A stretch of 64,000 bases of DNA from Amoebidium appalachense (GCA_963693365.1 CAVNZM010000014.1:2852001-2916000); one strand, 5' to 3'. Positions 1 to 14,629 are shown, counted from the first letter of the stretch. Notes: generated by a model from the sequence alone, not told the origin. Numbers and translations are program-made.

Positions 1-15
1 TGTGGGCCTAGAGGG

Positions 16-151
16 CACATGATTGGTCAGTATAAAAAAAAAATTAAAGTGCTACGTGATTGGTCACTTAAACCTTCAAAGATTTGTGTTACGTGTAGGA
101 CAGTTAAACCCTTTAATGTGTTAAGTGTCACGCGATTGGTCAGTTGAATCC
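16..151. repeat. Degenerate ~37-bp minisatellite (4 copies, core CRYGATTGGTCAGTTAAA)
   Basis: cacatgattggtcagtataaa (16), tacgtgattggtcacttaaacc (53), tacgtgtaggacagttaaacc (90), cacgcgattggtcagttgaatcc (129). Confidence 0.6.
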
Positions 152-210
152 TTCAATCAACACTATAATGCATTATGCAACATGAGCAGCGTGCCCATTG
201 GGGACGGTTT

Positions 211-320
211 GAAATGTTACAGAGTACGAAGTATACATTCATGACGGACAATGGAAATGCAGAGTGCAAACCACATATAACGAGTATGCATAATAAGCAG
301 AGCCCATCCTCCATTTGGGC
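211..320 (-). mobile_element. Dispersed intronic repeat family, copy A
   Basis: + strand gttacagagtacgaagtatacattcatgacggacaa...gcagagtgcaaaccaca...gagtatgcat...gcagagcccatcctc matches copies at 2.5, 23.5, 25.3, 38.3, 47.5 and 54.6 kb. Strand given as inferred host-gene sense. Confidence 0.65.
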
Positions 321-321
321 A

Positions 322-358
<37 letters not shown>

Positions 359-749
359 GCGAGGGAGAAGGGAAGGAGGAAGGGGGGAAGGAGGGAGGGA
401 GGGAGGGCGGGGAGGGGGGAGAGGGGGTTGAAAGGCCAGTGAAGGAATGGCAGGGGAAGGGGGAGAGAGTGGGGCTGAGAGAAGGAGAGAGATAAAAAGG
501 GGTGGTGAAGGGGGGAAGGCAGAGAGAGGGGCTGGGTGGGACAGAACAATAGATAGAGGGGGGGGAGGGAGGGCCCCGGGGGGCCGGGGGGGAGAGAGAG
601 TGAGGAGAGAGAGAGGTATGGGGATGGGGAGGGGGGGGGGGGGGGGGGGAGGGGGGGGGGGGGCAGAGAGGGAAGGGGGGGGGGGGAGGGGGGGGAGGGA
701 GAGAGAGAGAGATAGAGAAGGTGCGAGAAACAGAGACAAACACAAATAC

Positions 750-2398
<1,649 letters not shown>

Positions 2399-2520
2399 TG
2401 TGTGTGAGTGTGAGTGTGAGTGAGTGTGTGTGTGTGCGTGTGTGTGGTGTGTAGGTGTATGTGTGAGTGAGTGAGTGAGTGCGTGTTTGTCCACTGGGGA
2501 GGAGGGGGGGGGGGGGGGGG

Positions 2521-3446
2521 GTAGTATGTGTTACAGAGTACGAGGTATACATTCACAACGGACAGCACAACACAGCTTGGAAAGTACACACAGAGAGTAT
2601 GCACCATAGGTATAACCTATTGATCAACGTGGCCCAAGTCCTTCGAGTATCCGAGTTACACAGAGAGTATGCACCATAGGTATAACCTATTGATCAACGT
2701 GGCCCAAGTCCTTCGAGTATCCGAGTTACACAGAGAGTATGCACCATAGGTATAACCTATTGATCAACGTGGCCCAAGTCCTTCGAGTATCCGAGTTACA
2801 CAGAGAGTATGCACCATAGGTATAACCTATTGATCAACGTGGCCCAAGTCCTTCGAGTATCCGAGTTACACAGAGAGTATGCACCATAGGTATAACCTAT
2901 TGATCAACGTGGCCCAAGTCCTTCGAGTATCCGAGTTACACAGAGAGTATGCACCATAGGTATAACCTATTGATCAACGTGGCCCAAGTCATTCGAGTAT
3001 CCGAGTTACACAGGGAGTATGCACCGTAGGTATAACCTATTGATCAACGTGGCCCAAGTCATTCGAGTATCCGAGTTACACAGGGAGTATGCACCGTAGG
3101 TATAACCTATTGATCAACGTGGCCCAAGTCATTCGAGTATCCGAGTTACACAGAGAGTATGCACCATAGGTATAACCTATTGATCAACGTGGCCCAAGTC
3201 CTTCGAGTATCCGAGTTACACAGGGAGTATGCACCGTAGGTATAACCTATTGATCAACGTGGCCCAAGTCCTTCGAGTATCCGAGTTACACAGAGAGTAT
3301 GCACCATAGGTATAACCTATTGATCAACGTGGCCCAAGTCATTCGAGTATCCGAGTTCCGACCCATTCACCTCCCATCCCAAAACCACCTCAGATACTGC
3401 TTCACCTACACACACAGTCACCGTATTGATCAGAGACGAGCAGGGA
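2521..3446 (-). mobile_element. Dispersed repeat family, copy B (long form, with internal tandem amplification)
   Basis: One end, tgtgttacagagtacgaggtatacattcacaacggacag, matches the family. The other end, ccgagttccgacccattcacc...cagatactgcttcac...ccgtattgatcagagacgagcaggg, matches copy E at 38428-38526. Confidence 0.7.
2591..3357. repeat. Tandem array, 11 x 70-bp unit
   Basis: Unit cagagagtatgcaccataggtataacctattgatcaacgtggcccaagtccttcgagtatccgagttaca starts at 2591, 2661 ... 3291. Only three variable positions; no spacers. Confidence 0.97.
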
Positions 3447-3852
3447 TACTTGTGGAAGCAGAAGTTTGCAAGCACAAGCAGTGGGAAGGACCGGTGGTTA
3501 GGGTTTACATCGGTAAGCAAAGAGCAAGGGCGGAATTTAGAAGACGGGGCTTTCCAGAACTTTTCACGGGCGGGCCGTGGCAGGGGGAAGGGGAGGGTGG
3601 AGGGGGGGGGGGAGGGAGGGGGGGAGGGGAGCGGCGGAGAGGGGGGCAGGGTCGTAACATTTAGATGTTCCAGTAGGTGAGAGAATATTACATGGATAAG
3701 AAGACACATATCTCTTTATAGGGTGGTCAGTGTATGCAATCTGCACTGTTTTAGAGTGTTTTTTTGTGTTTTGTTTCCTTAACTTCTGTATGATGTGAGC
3801 CTGAAATAGGCTTATAGCCTCTCCCCTCCCCCCTCCCCCCTCCCCCCCCCTC

Positions 3853-3889
<37 letters not shown>

Positions 3890-4154
3890 GGGATGTGAAA
3901 TGCGGCATCAAGCCTTCAGTTTCCGTGACAATCGAAAAACCTTACTACTTTGCGTTCAAAAGGCTATCCATTTACTTCTCCACCCCCACTCTTTCCCCTC
4001 CATACACCCACCCAAAAAAGGAAAACACGCTCATACGTGGAGACAAAAACACAAAACCATGAAAGAAAACCCTGAAGGGTTTGAGATTCCATCCACTGAT
4101 TTTTCGTGCCGTAGCCGTAGCACGTGCAACTTTCCAGACTTTCTGTAAGAAAAT

Positions 4155-4190
<36 letters not shown>

Positions 4191-4481
4191 AGGAACGGTC
4201 CATTCCTCTACTTAGGCCCACCCAGACTGCAAACAACCACTAAAACTATCGCGCCTGCCAAAACCACTAGTTTCACACCACCTTGTGTGCACAAAGGGCA
4301 CCCGGGGGTGGGGGAGTGGGGGGGGGGGGGGGGGAGGGGGGAGGGGGGGGGAGAAGGGGAAGGGGGGGGAAGGGGGGAGGGGGGGGGGGAGGGGAAAGGG
4401 GAGGAGGTGGTGGTGGTGGGGGGGGGGGGGGGGGGGGGGGGGGGGGAGGGGGGAGGAGGTGGTGGTGGTGGTGGTGGTGGT

Positions 4482-4512
<31 letters not shown>

Positions 4513-5241
4513 AATTTCGACCTGCATGGACCTGTGGAGGCATTTGGGAATTTTGTGCCGACTTGCTGCCCCCTGCTCACAGTGCTCTCTGTTAGTCCAC
4601 GTATAGCATCCCCCCCCCCCCCCCCCCCCCCCTCCCCTCCCCTCAGTCTCCCCTTCCCCAACACTTTAACCCTTTTGTTTATATTCTTCTTCCGCTTGCA
4701 ATCCCCCCCCCCCCCCCCCCCCCCCAACCCCCCTTCCCCCTCCCCCTCCCCCCCCCCCCCCCCCCCCCCCCCACCACCACCACCGCCTCCTTTCCCCGGC
4801 CACTTTCGCTGACACCCACCACCAAACCAGCGCGACCACACCAACGCCTCCCACATCCACACTCACAGCTCTACCAAACCAAAACCCATCCCAAAACGTA
4901 CCCGCTTTCAACCCCCCCCCCCCCCCAAAAAAAAAAAAAAAAAAAAAAAAAAAACACCACCACCACCGTTGCTTCACAGGCCTGGCATCGACATTCTTAG
5001 CAACCATCTGCTCTCGACTATTCGTGATTTATAATCTGACCTTCTGGTTTTTCTGTAAGGGCTACAGGTGGGCCGTGACAAGGGAAGAAAAAGCTACACT
5101 TCAGATGGTGCGTGTGCGTGTGCGTGTGTGTGTGTGTGTGCGCGTGCGCGCACGCATACATTGGTGGAACCGACACGTGTGTGTGTGTGTGCACGCACGT
5201 GCAAATGTGTGTGTGTGTGTGTGTGCTTTTTTTTTTTTTTT

Positions 5242-5284
<43 letters not shown>

Positions 5285-5301
5285 CTAGTTACAAGTGTCG
5301 A

Positions 5302-5484
5302 CTATGGTACGATGAGCCAGGGGCTGCTGTCTAATCTCCTCAATCTGCGGTTAAGGTTTCCATTGTGAGAACCTGCAGACCAGTAAAATGCACAACGTGT
5401 CCTGATATTGTCGTAATTTTGACAACTGGGAGGAACATGGTGTCTGCATTTGTGTGCGCACGCGCATGTGTGTGCGTGCGTGCG

Positions 5485-5571
<87 letters not shown>

Positions 5572-6623
5572 ATGCGCGTGGATGTGTATGTCTATGTGTG
5601 TGCATGCGTGCGGATGTGTATGTCTGTGAGCGTGTGCGCGAGCTTAGATGCGTGGGTGCGTGGACGTTTGTATGCGTGTCGCGTGCAAAAGTGTGTTTGT
5701 GCTTTGTGCATGCACGTGTGCTTAAAGGGGTGGAGGAGGGAGAGGGGAGGGGGGGACGGAGGAGGAGGCGAGGGGGGGGGGGAGGGGGGGAGGGCGAGAG
5801 AGAAGGGGGGAGGAGGAAGGGAGTAAACCTTTTCAGCCAGTAGAGCTTTGAGTTGTTCTATATCGTTGTATTCGGGGCTGAAGGGAACAAGCTCACTCTG
5901 TCGGCTCACACACAGCTGATACCCCGTACGGCAGGAGGCTTCTGCCTCTGTGTGGGCACGGATAAAATTTAATAATTTTAAAAAATAAAATGAATTGGAT
6001 GTCGTGATCTATATTGAGGGTAGATCTACCTTGGGCCCGGTTTAAACTTTAAAATTTTAGTGATAAAAAATAAAATGAAAGTGAGAGTCTGTAATCTATT
6101 TCGAAGGTAGCTTTACCTTGGACTTGTGTGAGTGCATGTATGGGTATGTGTGTGTAAGCGTGTGTGTGCGTGCGGGAATGTTTGCATGTGCCACGTTGTT
6201 CTACAACATGTTTAAAGTATCATTAGCTCATAAAACTCTATTGGTTGAGCGCAAAATTAAAGATTCTGAGGTTCAAGGTTCAAGCTCTTGGGGGGGGGAG
6301 AAAATCTGGCTAGTGTAGCTTAATGGTGAAGCATCTGTCTTGTAAACCAAATCTTCGTGTGCGCGTATGTGTGTCTATATGGTGTGAATGTGCACTTTAA
6401 CATAACCGTGGGCCTAAAGAGAATACATATGTGCTGGTGGTGTGGCTTATGCCGACATATGTAGATTACCAAATTCACACACACACTTGCTAAATTGCTT
6501 AAAGGCCCATCACCCCCCTTCCCCCCCCCCCCCATCCTCCCCCCACCACCCCGCAAAAAGGGGGGGGGGTGGGTGGGGAGGGGGGGAACACACCGTGGCG
6601 GTACCATACACTCATGGCGCATG

Positions 6624-6706
<83 letters not shown>

Positions 6707-6733
6707 CCACCCACCCACATGCCTCATGCCCGC

Positions 6734-6770
<37 letters not shown>

Positions 6771-7116
6771 CACACACACACAATGTGCACACACCGTACC
6801 TTCATATGCGCTGCATGCTATGTACGTGTTTGCCATGAGGTGGTACCTGCACACACCCCACCCACAGTGTCAGTCTCCAACCTGCACCCCTCCCCCCCTC
6901 CCCCCCCCCCCCCCCCCTCCCCTTCCCCCTCCCCCTTCTCCACCCTCCTCCCCGCCTCTCTTTACAGATTTACAGACGGCACCTAGCACATTCTACTTGA
7001 AAAAATGCCGAAAATGAAAACAAATTATACAATGTAACGACGGGAATAAACCCAGGCATTTGTCGGGCAGAGCTTCTTTCTTTCCTTCTTTCTTTCGCGC
7101 ACGCGCGTGTGTGTGT

Positions 7117-7156
<40 letters not shown>

Positions 7157-7829
7157 TGGGGGGAAGGGGGGGGGGGGGGGGGGGGGGGGAGGTGGGCAGT
7201 ATTGTAATAAAGTGCTTGAGGGGCGGTTCAAGGATATCAGGTGCATTTTGGCAGAACTTAAAAAATATTGAATCTGTTTGGGGCTGTCCAACATTTTCCC
7301 ACCCTCTGCAGAACAGGCCGTATAGCTTTTTTAGGGGGGTCTAGGAGTATCTTTACACCTCTGCACAACATGTTATATAGAGTATTTTTGGGGGGTCCAA
7401 GGCTATGTTCATACTTTTGCATAACACGTTAAATAGTGTATTTTGGAAAGGGGGTCCAAGGCAATATTTACACTTATGGAATGATAGGCTATACATGTTT
7501 TTGGGGGGGTCCAAGGCTATATTTATACTTATGAATGATAGGCTATATATGTTTTTTGGGGGGGCGGAGGGGGGGTCCAAGGCCATATTTACACTTCTGC
7601 CACGTGGCGGTCGTTTGCAGCCACACACTGCTGCAGATGGCCCAGACACTCCGTGTAGTCCTTGATCGCCTGCCCGTAGTTCTCTGTGATATTAATTTTT
7701 AACGCAGGTTAGTCATTGGTGACTTCTGGGTGTGATAATTCAATGATTAAAGCGGATACACATGGGGAATGGGAACAAGGTAGTCTAACAGGGTGCCAAG
7801 TAAACACTCACAAATGACATGATTATGCA

Positions 7830-7860
<31 letters not shown>

Positions 7861-7970
7861 CCTTTTTTTTTTTCTCCAAAGCCAAAGAGCATGCATCACA
7901 GGGAGTGGGGATGAAGGTACACAATAGGAAGTATAAAAAATGATGCAATGTGAATTTTAAAACAAACAGC

Positions 7971-8005
<35 letters not shown>

Positions 8006-8059
8006 TGTGTGCAAGCACGCAAAAGAAGAGGGACATATATATACTCGGGTAGGCAGGGT

Positions 8060-8104
<45 letters not shown>

Positions 8105-8288
8105 CGTGTTATTCACTACCCAAGCTTCGAATAATCCACCTACCCCGCGGAACGCAATTAATCGGGTAGGAAAAGATAGGTGAGAAGACCGGGAGGGGGG
8201 GGGGGGGGGGGGGGGGGTTTGCTTCCTTCTTTTGGCCCTGGAAGGCTTCGCGGGTTTGGTGGTGGTGTTGGGGGGGGACGGGGGGGAA

Positions 8289-8327
<39 letters not shown>

Positions 8328-8439
8328 GCTTGGGGCCGTGAAGAATCCTACATGGACGTAGTCCAAGTCACCCAAAGGGACGCCTGGGAAAGGGGGGGGG
8401 GGGGGGAGGGGGGGGGGGAGAGGGGGGGTGTGTGTGTGT

Positions 8440-8492
<53 letters not shown>

Positions 8493-9134
8493 CGGGCTCT
8501 TACTGATTTCTGTGCCGAGATCACCCAGCCTGAGGTGGACGGCCGAAAGGGCACGACGGGAGTCCGGTCCAGGCACCTTGCTGTAGGCCACACGGGCACA
8601 CTCTAACACCTCCCAGGAGAGTTGGAGCGTCTCTTCACCGTCTGCGTTAAAATTTTTTTAAGGTGGTTAAAAATAAGTTTAGAATCAAAAGGTAGGTGAA
8701 GTGTCTTCTCATCGATTGTGTCAAAATTTTTACTGTGGTTAAAAATAAAGATAAAACTGTGTTGCAGCGACTCAATGATGTCACAGTCTTTATCAAATTT
8801 TATATTGGTTAAGAATAAAAAATTAACTGTGTTGCAGCGACCCATCACAGTCTTCACTGGAAACCTCAGTTGGTCAGCAGCATGTCATCACCGTCTGCAT
8901 TAAAATTTAAATTGGTTAAAAATAAAAAATTCTACACTGCAGTGTGCTTCAAGTAAACAGCGGAAGCCGTCTGAAATGGGAGTTGAATTGGTTGAATTCA
9001 AAGATTTTCGACTTGGCGACTTGGATGACCTTGGGCGGTGCGCGGATGAATATGAGAGAAGTGTCTGTTGATTTTATTCTTCTTCTCTCTCTCTCTCCCT
9101 TTTTTTTTTTGGTGGGGGGGTGGGGGTGGGTGAA

Positions 9135-9165
<31 letters not shown>

Positions 9166-10729
9166 CCGCTTTCATCTCCATCATCCTCCCCAGTCTCCAT
9201 ATCCCCTGTGGTTGACAGAAATCAATACTTATGCCTGTTCAGGTGACTGATCCCCCCCCCCCCCCCCAAAAAAAAAATCCATCCTTCCCTCCCCCCCCCC
9301 CCCCCCCCCCCTCCCCCCCCCCTCCCCTCCCCCATATCCCCCCATCTCCCACACGCACACACATCCCCGGAACCCCTCCCCCTCTCCCCCCGCCCGGCCG
9401 CTGCCGTCACCGGGTGCTTGCCCACCCTAACTTACATGACAAATATTTGACCAAAAAAAAAAAAACAAAAAAAAAAAACCGAATATTCATCAAGTGCCTG
9501 AAATGCAGGGAGGAAGCACTGCCCATACCCTAATGCAACACAAATACCGTACACGGATTTATTCAAAACTATTGGGAAAGAACATATTATAAAGAACCCC
9601 CTTCTCCCCCCCCCCCCCCCCCCCCCTCCCTCCCCCCTCCCCTCCCCCCACCCCCCCCACCAGCCTCCCACTTCATTGGTTGAGCAAGCACAGAAGTGGC
9701 GGAATTTTAATCATTTAGTCAACTAAAAGGGAATAGTTACCAAAAATACCGGAATTACTAATTAGAAGCGTTTCAGAGCCACGCAACACCTGCATTATTC
9801 GGCATATGATAAAGGGAAATCATTTCGGAATAATGCCATAACACTTCCGGGATAATCCCTGTGTGCTTTTCGTGATTTGCCAGCGCACAGAAAAAGTACT
9901 CACCAAGAAGAAGTGCTTCGCCATACTTGAAATAGGCAAAGGCGCTCTGGGGGGAAAGGTCCCCGTAAACCTGCACCCTGCGGGCAAAAAAGAAGAAAGG
10001 GAAAAAGAAAAAAAAAAAAAAAAAAAAAAAAACGGGTGAGCGTTTGGGAAACACCGTGGGACATGATATGTATTTGGTACCAGAGGAGTGGGTCCTATTT
10101 TCTGCTTTCACTGTTTATGCAGATGTGAAAGGCTAAAGGATTGCAGCATTGGCAAGAATCTGTTTACGTGACTCAACGGTTCTCCACTTGCCATTTGGAG
10201 TAACATTTATAACGTCCTGAGATATTGAACTCTTTCTTCTCCTCTTTCCCCTTTCCAACCGCCCTCCCCCCCTCTCCGAACACTAATCTACATATTCATT
10301 ACCAGTTATCTCCCCGCCTCTCTCCTGACCTCACCCCCCTACCCACCCACCCGCACCCCTCCTCCCCGCTCCCCCTTCTATAACCTTGCCCCCCTTGTTT
10401 AGAAACGTGCAAGTTTTTAAGATCTTGAGATCACACAGCACACAACACCAGCAATAACAACCCCCCCCCCCCCCCCCCTCCCCCGTCACCGCCACACCCG
10501 CTGACACACACACCCGGACGCAGCCCCCTTCTCGCCCAAACCTTTTCGCTCTTCAGGTCTCACCAGACAAACCCTTATCCCTCCCCAATTGTAACACACC
10601 GTCGCACACACGCGCGCGCACACACACACAAGCACGCACGCACGCACGCACGCATACACATACACACACAAACACGCACACACGCATGCGCACGCACACA
10701 CACACATAATGCCTCAGGGACAGACACAG

Positions 10730-10774
<45 letters not shown>

Positions 10775-11131
10775 TAAACACAAACACAAACACAAACACC
10801 CACTTGACACCTTACTCTTATTCAGTCCCTATCAATATACTAGAACTCGTTGCTTTCCCTTTTTCTTCACCTTTTCTTTGTGGGGGAAGGGGGGCGGGCG
10901 GAAAGGGGATTAGGTGGGGGGAGGGGGGGGGGGGGGGAGGGGGGAGATAATCTCCATCATTCCATACAAGATCTGCAGAGCCTCCTGGTAGCAGTCAGCA
11001 GCAGCCATCCAGTTTGGCTCCAAAGACTGCCCTTTGTTCATTTTTGCCTCTGCGCGCGAAAGCGCCTCGTGGGGAAGACCATTGAAGTTATTGACAACTC
11101 CAGAGGCACCGTTGGCACAAAAACCTTCCAT
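5302..11131 (-). CDS. NASP: NASP/Sim3-like histone H3/H4 chaperone (SHNi-TPR); exons 11131-10968, 9977-9904, 9205-9167, 8641-8504, 7683-7593, 6846-6800, 5947-5829, 5344-5302
   Basis: The spliced product contains [35 protein letters not shown], an acidic insert, [18 protein letters not shown]...[29 protein letters not shown]...DRHVAEVYHLMA...[12 protein letters not shown], typical of NASP TPRs. All GT-AG introns are phase-consistent. The 3' end is uncertain. Confidence 0.85.
6217..6297 (+). pseudogene. Decayed tRNA-like sequence (Phe-like) in a NASP intron
   Basis: TA-GCTC...TTGGTT-GAGC D arm (with a short insert), CAAAA-TTAAAGA-TTCTG anticodon arm, CAAGG-TTCAAGC-TCTTG T arm. The 3' acceptor strand is replaced by a G run. 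Confidence 0.5.
6308..6350 (+). pseudogene. 5' half of a tRNA-Thr(UGU)-like sequence
   Basis: GCTAGTG-TA-GCTT-AATGGTG-AAGC-A-TCTGT-CTTGTAA: intact D stem and TGT anticodon loop; T arm missing. Confidence 0.5.
7325..7600 (-). repeat. Degenerate ~60-bp tandem array echoing the NASP exon-5 donor
   Basis: About 5 units of ggggtccaaggc(t/a/c)atattta(c/t)actt. The last unit overlaps the exon end at 7593. Confidence 0.75.
8636..8945 (-). repeat. Degenerate tandem array echoing the NASP exon-4 acceptor
   Basis: caccgtctgc(g/a)ttaaaattt occurs at 8637 and 8889; ggttaa(a/g)aataa occurs 4 times; actgtgttgcagcgac occurs twice. Confidence 0.7.
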
Positions 11132-11860
11132 TTTCTTGGCGTGAAAGTACGCTTTGGTGTGTGTAAAATCAAGGGCAAATGAGATCCAGAATTGACAAAA
11201 TTCGCTGGAACGTTAACCGGCGGGTTTTGGGGGCAGACGCAGAGGGAGAAGAAGCAAAAAAAAAGGTAACAGACAGACATGTAAGATGTTCTTCGAAAAT
11301 ATTGTTGATTAGTGTATATTCTGCCCCTGTTTACATAACAATGTTGTTATGATGTAGAAAAAAGTGAGGTTTGTCAAGTTGAAAGCGAAAAGCGAAAAAG
11401 CAGCGCCGGCTGTTGTGGCGGTTGGTCATTACGAGTCCAAGGCGCACCCGCCCTGAATTGGCGCCAAGTAGTTAATGAAACACAATGATTAGCTGAATGT
11501 CATCAAGGCGCAATGTGCCGGTTCTTCATGACGTAAAAGTGACTCAGTTAAGTGAGTTGCCGGCCGGCTGAGCTCTCGCTCCCCCTGCCGGCCGGCCGGC
11601 ACAAAAGCCTTGGCTTTTTGCAAGTGAGACGTGAAAATAAGTTCAGGTGTTTGCCGACGGCCGGGGGGGTGGGGGAAGGCGGTGAGGGAAGGGGAATGGG
11701 AGAACAAGTTGCGACGTAAACTTTAGTCGTTTGTTTTTAGCTGCACTTCCAACTTAACAAAGCACTTCGTGGGCCCCTGCCCCCACGACACACTGTCGTG
11801 GGAAGCTACGCGTTTTGCCACCTCTCTGCCACAACCCTACAACGAAGCAGCCCCCGGAGT
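11132..11860. promoter_or_regulatory. Putative bidirectional promoter between NASP and the F-box gene
   Basis: Microsatellite-poor spacer between divergent genes; palindromic TTGGCGCCAA (E2F-like) at about 11459. Confidence 0.4.
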
Positions 11861-12299
11861 AAAATGGCTGGTGTGTTCCGGGTTCCCTCCGCGCTTTCCC
11901 CTACCGGCCAGTCTATCCCCCTTGCTGCCTCCTTCTTCGGCTCCCGCCAACAAGATCACGCTCTCTTGTTCTGGGTGCTCCTCTGTGGTGAATGTTTCTT
12001 TTGTTTTGTCCATCTCTCCTCTTTTTCTCTCGCCCCTACCACCCTTCCTGGCCTCTCCTATCTCAAGTCGGGTACGGGAGCAACACGTGGGCAGGCAAGA
12101 GGGGGGCTTTAATTTTTTTTTATTTTTTTTGGGGGGGGGGGGGGGGGGGGAAGGGGGGCAGGGGGGCAGGTGGGGGGGGGGGGGGGGAGGGGGAAAACAG
12201 ATATCCAGAAACAGCCTTTTTACAGCAGGCTTTGCCTGGTTTAAACCATCTCAGTAGTTCTTTTTTTTTTAAACCCCTCCCACCGCCTGTGTGTAACAC

Positions 12300-14060
12300 A
12301 TGTTCCTCTCTCCAGATCAAAGCCCCTTTCTGGCCCTCCTCCCAGAGCTCGTCATTCGCATCATCCGGAGGCTGCGGCTGGCTGACAGAAAGGCCTTTTC
12401 GCTGGTCTGCCGTCGATTCTGCGCTCTCGCACGGTCTCCCCAGGCCGGGCTGGTGAGCTTTCCTGTTTCCTTTTCTGAGTTGCAGCGTAGGGGCGTTAAT
12501 TGCCAGGTCGGTACCGTGGCATGCGGCGATCCGTTGTGTGACACTTGATTTCAAGGGGGTGAGCGACACGCATCCGGAGGGCGAACAAGTTTTTCTGGCT
12601 ACTGTCCGACAGATTTCGTTACTTCCAAATTTGAAACGCGTGTACGTGACATGGTACGGAGCAGACGGTACAACCTGGGAATTATCTTTTCTAAAGTCGT
12701 TGTTCGAAACCGCCGGAAGCAAATTGAGGGATGTTGAACTTTATTTCGCCAACAACCCAAGTCGCCAGACGTGTTGGGAGCTCATCGAGACGATTTTGGA
12801 ACACTGCACACGGATGGAAGACTTGACGGTGCGTGCTGGCGGACTTCCGAACATTCAACGTTTGCATCTCCCGCGAAACGGCAACATGAAAGGGCTGGAA
12901 TATAGCGCCGAAAGCTGCCGGTTGCTGGAAATGTTGCTTTCAGCGTTCCCAAACCTCGAGCACTTAGACTCTAGTGTGAGCGGTGAAGCGACTCTTAATT
13001 TGGCGGATGCGCAACTTCCGAACCTCGCCCACGTGAAAGTGTGCATGGAGGATGCAGCCGGTAGCGACCACACGCTAGTGATTCCCTGGTGGCCCAAGTT
13101 GGAGGTGATAGAGGTTGATGCGGCTCAACCGGTGAATGTAGAGATGCTGGGAGCATGCCCACGCCTACGCCACGTCACTCTGTACCCCCGACGGGTTGCC
13201 GGGTGGTTTACCTTATTTTCAATCGGATCGGTTGGAGTCGTTTGTGCTCCAATGTAACACAACACCCATAGATATGGACTTGCTAGGATCGCTGTCATTT
13301 CTATCGGGCCAAGCACAAACACTGAAAGAGCTGACACTTAGGTCCTATGAGAATGTTGAAAACATGCGCCTTGATGCACTTCCCTTTTCAAGCCCTCACC
13401 AGCCTTTGGCTGTCATACGTTGTGTGCGCAGTTAGGCCTCATACTGTAGCGTGCAACGAGTTGGTTTTGGATCATCACCCACACCTTTCCACTCTAAATT
13501 TGGTAGAAGTGTCTAATCTGGCATGCATCAAACTAACATCATCACACAAACACCTTAGGACCCCACTCAAAAACGACCCAGTCTATGGCTTTCTTGCCCA
13601 CTGCGACGCACTAGAAGAATTGACGATTGACGGTGCTATCGATTTAGAAATGCACCTTCTCCGCCCACCCACCTCGCTAGTGCGTCTGTCGTTGCATGAC
13701 GTTGGCAACGCGACACCTGGCACCGCACTTTTCCCACTCAATCTCCCAAAGCTGCATTATTTCCATCGACCATTGCCCATCACTTCGTTCACTCGGAAAT
13801 GCTCCGCCCACTGCCGGTGCCCTAACCCGTGTGGAACTGAAGAATTGCAGTCGATTAAATGACATTGGTCTCCTGCGACACATTCCCAGCATCCAATCGC
13901 TTACACTCGTCGATGTGGATGGGATCCGGACGCTGGATGCATTGGCAGGGCATGAGAATCGGTCCGTGGTAAGGATCGGGTCACCCGAAATCGACATATC
14001 GGCCTTGGCTTTGTGCCCCAAAATCGGTCTCAAAATCAGTCCGCAATTGTTCCTTTTTAT
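12300..14060 (+). pseudogene. F-box/leucine-rich-repeat protein, broken by three +1 frame steps (pseudogene or assembly errors)
   Basis: F-box LLPELVIRIIRRLRLADRKAFSLVCRRF; probable intron 12434-12506. LRR-like units (FPNLEHL, LPNLAHV, CPRLRHVTL, LESFVLQCN, LKELTL, LTSLWL, LEELTI, CPSLRSL, LTRVELKNCSRL) run across ORFs 12538-13257, 13196-13435, 13347-13862 and 13696 onward. Confidence 0.75.
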
Positions 14061-14256
14061 GCTCATACACAAGGGAAAGGGGCGCAAGGAACGAACAACA
14101 AGAGATGCGCATTGCTCGCTTCCGGCAGGCAATCAAGGAGAGGCTGGCCCCACGATAGGTAACAACCCTCCCCTCTTCCTCCCCCCCCCCTCTCCCCTCA
14201 CACCCCTCCCCCAACGCACACACAGAGAGAGAGTGAGAGGGAGGGGGGGGGGGGGG

Positions 14257-14329
<73 letters not shown>

Positions 14330-14578
14330 TCACCGCTTACCACCACCACCACCACACACACACACGTGCGCACACAGGCACAGGCACGCGCGCGCACACA
14401 CACACCCGTGCACACACACAGGCACACGCACACACACATGTGCACATGCAGATGCACATGGGCGCACACACTCTTACACACGCACAAGCTCACACACGCC
14501 AATGCTTACCGTGTTTTTACGTCCCGAATTTATACTTCCCAATAACCCCCCCCCCCCCCTCCCCCCCCCCACCCAACC

Positions 14579-14629
<51 letters not shown>

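Noticed and set aside
2591-3357. CRISPR-like array
   Set aside because: Units are contiguous and near-identical with no unique spacers; eukaryotic context; no cas genes
12434-12548. A fourth frameshift in the F-box gene
   Set aside because: Explained by a 73-nt GT-AG intron (12434-12506) giving ...CALARSVPWHAAIRCVTLDF
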